Source: Alphaproteobacteria bacterium
GTDB lineage: Bacteria; Pseudomonadota; Alphaproteobacteria; Rs-D84
NCBI GenBank assembly: GCA_017502865.1
Contig: JAFVUD010000005.1
Span: forward strand, 144,007-208,006
Length of the DNA stretch: 64,000 bases
Reading direction: 5' to 3'
The translations under genes and the position numbers were made by a program. This document shows positions 57,411 to 64,000 of this stretch, one piece after another (within the stretch, counting starts at the first letter, position 1; each line of letters begins with the position of its first letter). The notes under the pieces are model-generated. The model saw only the letters and a list, made by a program, of their open reading frames with translations. It made no database searches and had not been told where the DNA came from.

Positions 57411-58868
57411 CTACATTGGACAAACCCAATTTGCCGACAAAATCGCATTATAGCCCCGCTTATAAACCGCACTTTCTCCCTCATCAATAGTCATCGATGC
57501 ACCATACCTGTCATAACCATCCATAACATATAGCTTCCACCCTTGACGCGACACACTACACTCCCACTCTGGCGGTGTTGTACACAAACTGGAATCCGGG
57601 CTAATGACATCACCATAATGTACCTGTATATAGGCATCTGTTTCATCGCCACCATCACCACAATCATACGCAATTATATATGTTTCTGGGGTCCAAATGG
57701 CATGCAATGTTGTGTCCGCTTTCCATGAATATCGGATTGCAGTATATGGATCAATAACCGTTTCCGTATCACCAACCGTCCATCCCGAAACATAATGACC
57801 AGCACGAGAACATCCTCTGCCATAATTCGCCGGACTGAATAATTCATTATAACCAACCGTTACGACAAGATCTTCATCCCAACCGTATTTATCGCCATCG
57901 GCATCGGTCCCACAATCAAACGTCAGTTGATATTCCCCTTCGTCAACGGTGCGATCCCATTCCCACACCGCACGCAGCACGACATTATGTGGCCACTGGA
58001 ACTTGGCACTCTGTCCTGCTGGAATAAACAGTCCCAAATCCTGGTTCGCCATACTGTAAACATCGTATCCCTTGAACACAGCACCCGCCGGACGTTGACA
58101 TTGACCCTCGCTAGGGGCACCAGGGGTAAAGTTCGAACCATATCTGGTCGCATTTTTTACATTCATTGGCCCCTTAACCCACGGATATTCACAGTCATTA
58201 CACAAACGAACCCAATACATCAATCGCTGGGACCAAACGGCGGTGGCGGTCATATCACTGGCCCATTTCCAAACCGGTGCCGATTTGTGATTATATGTTG
58301 TTCCATCAATTTTCCACCCGGAAATATAGTACCCATCACGATAGCATGTACCACCGGTATGCCCAACACCAAATGCCGAACCATATCGAATCGTCTGGGA
58401 TTCGGGCGGTGTACCATAATCACCACCGCAATCATAATTCAGTGTAAACGACGGTGCACAAATCTTGTGCGTGGTTGGTGCAACATAATATGCCGTACCA
58501 TCTACATCAACATTCAATGTTCCCGCCTGGCTGCCCGATGGCATATCGGCATAGCAAACCATATCATTATATTTTGTGGCTAATTTACGTGTGGTGGATG
58601 CAGTCTTGAACAAATCAATACGTGTGCCATTTTCTGCAACAATTGCACGCACCCCCGCATCGCACAGATCTGTACATTCACCATTTAAATTTTCCATCTG
58701 GGTAACCGCCGGCCCGGTATATGGCACCATGCCCGTTGGACACACCGATTCCGCATATGCCAAACCAACAATAAACAATCCCGCGACGGCTAAACTACCG
58801 CTGGGGGGGGGGGGGGGTAAAAACCGCAGAAATCCGGCACACTTGCCGTTATCACAACATTTTTTCAT
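57411..58868 (-). CDS. secreted Cys-rich protein with three Listeria-Bacteroides (InlB B)-repeat-like domains; C15 tract in 5' coding region (operon gene 1)
   Basis: FTLNYDCGGDYGTPPESQTIRYGSAF...GYYISGWKIDG, YQLTFDCGTDADGD...GHYVSGWTVGD, and YIIAYDCGDGGDETDAYIQVHYGDV...RQGWKL. The N-terminus reads MKKCCDNGKCAGFLRFLPPPPPSGSLAVAGLFIVGLAYA. Confidence 0.7.
   Translation of the reverse strand: MKKCCDNGKCAGFLRFLPPPPPSGSLAVAGLFIVGLAYAESVCPTGMVPYTGPAVTQMENLNGECTDLCDAGVRAIVAENGTRIDLFKTASTTRKLATKYNDMVCYADMPSGSQAGTLNVDVDGTAYYVAPTTHKICAPSFTLNYDCGGDYGTPPESQTIRYGSAFGVGHTGGTCYRDGYYISGWKIDGTTYNHKSAPVWKWASDMTATAVWSQRLMYWVRLCNDCEYPWVKGPMNVKNATRYGSNFTPGAPSEGQCQRPAGAVFKGYDVYSMANQDLGLFIPAGQSAKFQWPHNVVLRAVWEWDRTVDEGEYQLTFDCGTDADGDKYGWDEDLVVTVGYNELFSPANYGRGCSRAGHYVSGWTVGDTETVIDPYTAIRYSWKADTTLHAIWTPETYIIAYDCGDGGDETDAYIQVHYGDVISPDSSLCTTPPEWECSVSRQGWKLYVMDGYDRYGASMTIDEGESAVYKRGYNAILSANWVCPM
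58803..58817 (-). repeat. homopolymeric C15 tract (G15 on + strand) inside codons 18-22 of CDS 57411-58868
   Basis: Counted directly: 15 consecutive G at 58803-58817, translated as PPPPP. Confidence 0.95.
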
Positions 58869-58958
58869 GATTTTTGCGTCTTCCTTCTTTTTACCCTATT
58901 CTATCATAACACGAATTTATTCACAAGTACATTTTCCATATCTTTGCCAAACAAAAAT

Positions 58959-59255
58959 AAATTAGAATGATTTAGATGTGAAACGGTCCCGGCAACGTAG
59001 TGTACAAATCGCTACATGAGTTGTCGGGCCACCCACCCCCTTGCCTGTTAAAAATGAATTAGAATGATTTAGATAAAAGAAAATCGGGAATCGTAGTGTA
59101 CACGACGCTACATAAGATTCCCAGACAACCACACCCCCTTGCCTGTTAAAAATAAATTAGAATGATTTAGATGTGGAACGGTCCCGACAACGTAGTGTAC
59201 AAACGCTACATGAGTTGTCGGGACCGCCCACAGATGAATTATTATAATTTATTTT
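58959..59255 (+). repeat. tandem array B: three ~97-nt units of the same element
   Basis: Units start at 58959, 59056 and 59154. The third unit is 104/105 identical to the third unit of array A. The middle unit has a swapped outer stem. Confidence 0.9.
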
Positions 59256-59822
59256 TTATTCGTCGTCTGGAACTTCTTCCTCCTCCTCATCCTCTTCTTC
59301 AACGGCATTCAAATCAATTTCTTTTGGAATACCCAAAATATCTTCGATTTTGTCAGATGCAGAATCCAAATCCATTTTATGCAGAACTGCAAATTCCTGG
59401 GCCATACGTTCCAACGCACGCAAATATAATTGCCGGGCCGAAAATGTCATTGTATCTGCCGCTGTGCGACGTTGCAGGTCACGCACCACTTCGGCCAATT
59501 TCATTGGGTCACCCGAATTAATGTTTTCTTCGTACTGGGCGGCACGACGGGCCCAAATCATACGTTTTACACCGGCTTTACCCTTGGCTGATGCGATGGC
59601 CTCATCCATTTTTTTAGTTGTCGTCAACGGACGCAGCCCTGAAATTTCTGCACGTTCGATTGGCACACGCAATGTCATATGATTGCGTTCAAAATCGATA
59701 ACCAACATCTTTATTTTCTGGCCTGCGACGGTCTGTTCTTCGATTCGCAACAGTTTACCAACACCCTGGGTTGGATAAACGACATACTGTCCGGCTTTAA
59801 AATCTAACTTTTTACTTGGCAT
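59256..59822 (-). CDS. carD: CarD/CdnL family RNA-polymerase-binding transcription regulator
   Basis: FKAGQYVVYPTQGVGKLLRIEEQTVAGQKIKMLVIDFERNHMTLRVPIERAE, with an acidic C-terminal tail. Confidence 0.85.
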   Translation of the reverse strand: MPSKKLDFKAGQYVVYPTQGVGKLLRIEEQTVAGQKIKMLVIDFERNHMTLRVPIERAEISGLRPLTTTKKMDEAIASAKGKAGVKRMIWARRAAQYEENINSGDPMKLAEVVRDLQRRTAADTMTFSARQLYLRALERMAQEFAVLHKMDLDSASDKIEDILGIPKEIDLNAVEEEDEEEEEVPDDE

Positions 59823-59865
59823 ACTTACACTCTTTTACAGTTTTGCCATTCTCTCTGTCCCGGAC

Positions 59866-59893
59866 ATTATACCATAAAAAACACGAAAAACAA
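59866..59893 (-). promoter_or_regulatory. sigma70-like promoter for carD
   Basis: The minus strand reads TTGTTT-N16-TATAAT with an extended -10 TGG. It lies about 45 nt upstream of the ATG at 59822. Confidence 0.4.
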
Positions 59894-59939
59894 ATAAAGT
59901 TGACGAAAAAAATTTATGCACCCAAACGGGTGCATATAA

Positions 59940-60485
59940 TCAGCGGCCCAACTGGCGAATCTGCCCGGTTCGACGAATTGTCGATTTCCGCAGGGCTTCT
60001 GGATTTTCCTGGGGGATTGCACAAACCCATTCACCATCCTGCAAAATCGCTGTTTCGCCCGCCCCACATTCTGGCTTTTCCAGACGCCATGCAAAACAAC
60101 TGCCCTTTTGATATGACAAATATGTCGCATTATCGGCACCACCACGGGTATATGCACCATATTCTGGGTTCCATGCACCGGCGGCCACACCCGAACACCA
60201 TTTGCGTTCGCCCCAGCAAACTACACAGTTCCCATTGGCATCACACAATTCATTGGCAGACGGGGTTGCAACATAACCACTGGCTGGTGCATTACCAGTC
60301 CCCATGGCACGCCCTGTTTCTAAATCACGGCACCACAATTTTTGACATTCGTATGTATCAATACCATCTGTCTTTTTCACTTTTTCCAGAACATAGCCTT
60401 CGCCACATGAAAATTCTGGTTCAACAACACTAAACGCAGGCATTGCACACAACATGGCAAAAACAAAAATACAAACTCTCTTCAT
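59940..60485 (-). CDS. secreted Cys-rich hypothetical protein
   Basis: Signal peptide MKRVCIFVFAMLCAMPAFS. Roughly a dozen Cys in 181 aa. Confidence 0.5.
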   Translation of the reverse strand: MKRVCIFVFAMLCAMPAFSVVEPEFSCGEGYVLEKVKKTDGIDTYECQKLWCRDLETGRAMGTGNAPASGYVATPSANELCDANGNCVVCWGERKWCSGVAAGAWNPEYGAYTRGGADNATYLSYQKGSCFAWRLEKPECGAGETAILQDGEWVCAIPQENPEALRKSTIRRTGQIRQLGR

Positions 60486-60494
60486 ATCATCCCC

Positions 60495-60923
60495 CTATTG
60501 CCCCAGACCAGCCGGGCTGAAACGTCCAATATTATTGAACAATTCTTCAATTGCATTCAATTCGATTGCAGCCGGAATTGCCGTTTCGCCATCTGCGATT
60601 TTCACATCTGGCAAATCTTTATCGTGTAAAACCTGGGTCTTGACAACATTTTTGCCACGCACCCACGCCAACAACACTGTTTCATCTGTAAATGTCGGTG
60701 CCAATGGCCCACGATAGTTTTCATTTGCCCCATAATAAATCCAAACTTCGTCCCCGTGCACAGTCTTTACCTGGGGGGCACCAATCTTGTCAATCAATTG
60801 ATTTGTATTTTTTATGGTTGCAACCTGGGCTTCTAAATCAGACGGAAAAACATAGCCACGTGGCTTGGTCTGGAATGTACAGGCCGCAACAAATAATGCA
60901 AAAAATAAAAAAATCTTCCTCAT
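60495..60923 (-). CDS. bamE: outer membrane protein assembly factor BamE (SmpA/OmlA) lipoprotein
   Basis: Lipobox FVAAC after MRKIFLFFAL, then PRGYVFPSDLEAQVA...IDKIGAPQ...WIYY, a BamE-like fold pattern. Confidence 0.7.
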   Translation of the reverse strand: MRKIFLFFALFVAACTFQTKPRGYVFPSDLEAQVATIKNTNQLIDKIGAPQVKTVHGDEVWIYYGANENYRGPLAPTFTDETVLLAWVRGKNVVKTQVLHDKDLPDVKIADGETAIPAAIELNAIEELFNNIGRFSPAGLGQ

Positions 60924-61032
60924 GCCTGTAAATGTACAACAAAAAGCACATACTGTGCAACGAAAAAAATTCGCACAAACTATTGACAATTACTACTTTT
61001 GTCCTACAATATAGTCAAAGGAGTCATAAATT

Positions 61033-61566
61033 ATGGCAACGCTGACAAACAAAACAACAACTGAATACGCATTCAAAACCCCTATTGCGATACATTCATG
61101 CACCTGCACCACGTACAATTTCCATGGTGCCGCCCCGACCCAGACAGTTCGTTTCGGCAAAATGCTGGTGGTGCTGGAAGATTTTGCAAAAATGCCAATG
61201 GTAAAACCCAGCCAGACTTTTTACAAGGTCGCACCTGTCACCAACGAATCAACAGGTCAACTTGAAGGTAAATTTGTTGCGGTTCCAAATTGCAGCATGT
61301 ATTTCTTGCTGGACAAAAGAAAAGGTTTCTTTGTATTCCGCACTGCGAAAACACCTGAAATCGCATACAGAATGTGTTCTGATGCATTACAGTCATTTGA
61401 TGACCAGCACAACACATCATACATTCGTCAAATAACAGATTCGACACCCGCCATCCCCAGTGGCATGTACATTAAAAACCAAGATCCTCAGTTCAACAAT
61501 GTTGAAAATGCATACGAATATAACTGGGATAAATATATTATGCAAAATCTTGGAAAACAGCGTTAA
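61033..61566 (+). CDS. hypothetical protein (177 aa)
   Basis: GGAG RBS upstream and a bidirectional terminator downstream. No motif recognised. Confidence 0.5.
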   Translation: MATLTNKTTTEYAFKTPIAIHSCTCTTYNFHGAAPTQTVRFGKMLVVLEDFAKMPMVKPSQTFYKVAPVTNESTGQLEGKFVAVPNCSMYFLLDKRKGFFVFRTAKTPEIAYRMCSDALQSFDDQHNTSYIRQITDSTPAIPSGMYIKNQDPQFNNVENAYEYNWDKYIMQNLGKQR

Positions 61567-61573
61567 AGAAAAT

Positions 61574-61606
61574 AAAAACCGGCATTTGTGTGCCGGTTTT
61601 ATTTTT
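61574..61606. terminator. bidirectional terminator between 61033-61566 and the PFOR gene
   Basis: AAAACCGGCA-TTTGTG-TGCCGGTTTT followed by ATTTTT. Confidence 0.8.
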
Positions 61607-64000
61607 AGCCTTCTCCGTTTTCTTTAACTTCGGGATTATTCAACATTGCAAAGTGTGCAATATGCTTTTTCAATTCGCTTTTATACAAATTGTTGGCCTT
61701 GGCCATATCGACCAATTTGTTAAATTGCGGATTTGCAGCACGTGCCGCCCCGAAACGAGATTCCGTTTTCAAGAAATCTTCCAATGGCAACGGATTATCA
61801 ACATTTGAATCCATCGTTAATGGATTATGCCCATCTGCAATCAAACATGGATCAAATCTGTACAGTGGCCATGCACCGGTTTGCACCATCTGGGTCTGGT
61901 GTTCTGGGCCATTTTGCAGTGCAAACCCATGTGCAATACATGGTGCATACGCCAAAATGATTGATGGACCATTAAACGATTCCGCTTCACGGAATGCACG
62001 AATCGCCTGGGCCTGGTTTGCACCCATTGCAATCTGGGCAACATACGCACCACTCATCATTGCAATCATACCCAAATCTTTCTTGGCGTGTTCTTTACCA
62101 CCGATGGCAAATTTCATACTGGCCCCAAATGGCGTAGATTTTGATTGCTGGCCACCTGTATTCGAATACCCTTCGGTATCCAGAACCAATATATTTACAT
62201 TTTCACCACTGTGCAGAATATGATCAACGCCACCATATCCAATGTCATAGGCCCAACCGTCACCACCGATAATCCAAACAGACTTATCAACGATTTCGCC
62301 GACCAAGCTTTCGGCCAAACGTGCACGTGGCCCATCGATTGTTGCCAATTTTGCACGCAACCCCGTTTCTATTTCACGCTGTTTACCAGAATCGGTTTCA
62401 TCAAACAGTTCTTCGACATTTTCAATCCCCAGTTCGAACAGCAACGCTTTCAGGTTTTCACGTTTTTGATTCAGTGCCAAACGCATACCCAACCCATATT
62501 CCGCATTATCTTCGAACAGCGAATTAGACCATGCTGGACCACGACCACTGGCATCCTTGGTCCATGGTGTTGTTGGCAAATTCGCCCCATAAATAGACGA
62601 ACACCCCGTTGCATTTGCAACAACCATACGATCACCAAACAAATGCGACAATAATTTCACATATGGCGTTTCACCACATCCCGCACACGCCCCTGGGAAT
62701 TCAAAGTAATGTGGCAAGAATTCCACATGCTTTGGAATATTCAGGTTTAATTTTTCACGTGGCATATCTGGCAATTTTTCTGCTGCATTAAATGCCGCCT
62801 GGTTTTCAGCCATCACTTCACTGGCTGGTGCCATTGCCAATGCTTTGACTGGGCAATTTTTCACACACAGATTACACCCGGTACAATCCGCCGGCGAAAT
62901 ATTCAATGTGTAATACATATTTGGCCCCAGTTCTGGTGTTTTCATTGGCACGACTGTAATTCCAGATTTACGTGCTTCTTCTGCCTGTTCTTCGGTCATT
63001 GCCTTGATACGGATTGCCGCATGTGGACACAACATAGAACATTTTCCACACTGGATACATTTATCCAAATCACATGTCGCCACCGAAGACGAAACTGCAC
63101 GTTTTTCGTATTTTGACGTACCAACTGGATATTGACCGCCACCAAATTCACCATCAACACGGAAACGTGAAACCGGTATCGCATCACCACGTTGTGCCGC
63201 CATTTCACCCAACGTTCCCGCAATAGATGCTGGGGCATCTGCCGTCATAGCCGGGACAAAATCTGGGGCAAAATTAGAAATTGACGATGGCACCTGATAT
63301 TCATGCAGGTATTCGGCCGCCTTGTCCACCGCCGCCCAGTTTGCCTGGACAACGTCCATACCCTTCTTTTTATATGTCTTTTCAATTGCAACCTTGGCAC
63401 TGTCTGCTGCAACCTTAGGATCAATAACACCGGTCAGGTTAAAGAAATTCAACATGATAAATGTGTTGATACGATTACCCAACCCCAATTGTGCCGCCGC
63501 AGTATTGGCATCTAAAAAGAACACACGTGCACGAATCCGCATCAGGTGTTCCTGAACATCCTTGGGCAGGTTTGCAAATGCAACATCCGGTGCCATCGAT
63601 GTATTAATCATCACTGTCCCACCGGCACGCAATCCACGGAACACATCAAAACGTTGTGCAATCATAAAGTTTGAAACACTGATAAAATCCGCCACTTCGA
63701 CCAAGTACTGACTTTTAATCGGTGCATTTGAAAATCTGATATGCGATGCCGTTAACCCACCTGATTTTTTGGAATCATAGACCGCATACGATTGTGGATA
63801 CAAATCTGAATTTTCCCCAACAATCTTTACAATATTCTTAACTGCACCAACGGTACCGTCACTACCGATACCATACAGAATTGCGGTCTTGAATCCTGGA
63901 TCTTCGATTGAAAACGCTGCATCTGTTTCCAGTGACAGCCCCATCAAATCATCATCAATACCAACTGTAAAGTTATGGACCAATGTGCCACGCATCATAT
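61605..64000 (-). CDS. nifJ: pyruvate:ferredoxin (flavodoxin) oxidoreductase, C-terminal ~800 aa (5' end outside window)
   Basis: Two 4Fe-4S ferredoxin motifs (CIQCGKCSMLCPHAA, CTGCNLCVKNCPVKA), a TPP-binding GGDGWAYDIGYGG motif and the YSNTGGQ motif. The ORF is open to the window edge. Confidence 0.9.
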   Translation of the reverse strand, partial: MMRGTLVHNFTVGIDDDLMGLSLETDAAFSIEDPGFKTAILYGIGSDGTVGAVKNIVKIVGENSDLYPQSYAVYDSKKSGGLTASHIRFSNAPIKSQYLVEVADFISVSNFMIAQRFDVFRGLRAGGTVMINTSMAPDVAFANLPKDVQEHLMRIRARVFFLDANTAAAQLGLGNRINTFIMLNFFNLTGVIDPKVAADSAKVAIEKTYKKKGMDVVQANWAAVDKAAEYLHEYQVPSSISNFAPDFVPAMTADAPASIAGTLGEMAAQRGDAIPVSRFRVDGEFGGGQYPVGTSKYEKRAVSSSVATCDLDKCIQCGKCSMLCPHAAIRIKAMTEEQAEEARKSGITVVPMKTPELGPNMYYTLNISPADCTGCNLCVKNCPVKALAMAPASEVMAENQAAFNAAEKLPDMPREKLNLNIPKHVEFLPHYFEFPGACAGCGETPYVKLLSHLFGDRMVVANATGCSSIYGANLPTTPWTKDASGRGPAWSNSLFEDNAEYGLGMRLALNQKRENLKALLFELGIENVEELFDETDSGKQREIETGLRAKLATIDGPRARLAESLVGEIVDKSVWIIGGDGWAYDIGYGGVDHILHSGENVNILVLDTEGYSNTGGQQSKSTPFGASMKFAIGGKEHAKKDLGMIAMMSGAYVAQIAMGANQAQAIRAFREAESFNGPSIILAYAPCIAHGFALQNGPEHQTQMVQTGAWPLYRFDPCLIADGHNPLTMDSNVDNPLPLEDFLKTESRFGAARAANPQFNKLVDMAKANNLYKSELKKHIAHFAMLNNPEVKENGEG

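Noticed and set aside
58824-58836. The 13-mer CCGCAGAAATCCG is shared by the poly-C gene 5' end and both 52-bp repeats (6403-6415 and 7340-7352)
   Set aside because: In 64 kb, counting both strands, dozens of exact 13-mer coincidences are expected by chance (about N^2/4^13). The match does not extend and falls in a different context (coding). It is treated as coincidence.

Overview
This is a 64-kb chromosomal window from a Gram-negative bacterium. The gene content (RodZ-like protein, bactofilin, CarD/CdnL, BamE, TspO, Rho, autotransporters, pyruvate:ferredoxin oxidoreductase) suggests an anaerobic or host-associated alphaproteobacterium-like organism, but that is inference only because no database search was possible. 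I call about 56 CDS and 2 tRNAs (Arg-UCU, Pro-UGG). Roughly four fifths of the coding sequence lies on the minus strand, and the plus strand is C>G wherever I hand-sampled it. Housekeeping genes (rpiB, leuS, tlyA, mscL, aroK, prfA, hisS, tkt, rnhA, rlmE, uvrA, dus, rho, ssb, eno, carD, bamE, PFOR) are interleaved with a heavy load of secreted or surface proteins. (1) One family combines a PKD-like WGDG..H.Y domain with about 30-aa LFAG..G.P...MF..TF..C..L..IP repeats. It has four members totalling about 4100 aa; one is a 2270-aa protein built from five concatenated family units. Three members are each preceded by a small or fibrous partner gene. (2) A 1769-aa autotransporter and a small barrel-only outer-membrane protein. 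(3) A three-gene operon of Cys-rich proteins with Listeria-Bacteroides-repeat-like domains, whose first gene carries a C15 homopolymer in its signal-peptide region. (4) Two paralogous RRVVAR/Cys-rich secreted proteins around MarR, LysR and HTH regulators. At the DNA/RNA level the most notable features are the following. Two tandem arrays of a ~97-nt hairpin element show a compensatory stem swap. They bracket a 10-kb cassette and end in a near-identical 105-nt unit that supplies the stop codons of two unrelated genes. A 1.4-kb ORF-free, extremely G-depleted region contains a strong dif-like Xer site. The 3' ends of both tRNA genes are duplicated nearby. There is also an orphan SRP54 M-domain gene. 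No CRISPR array, rRNA gene, transposase, integrase or recognisable defence genes were seen. All product calls rest on motif recognition by eye.
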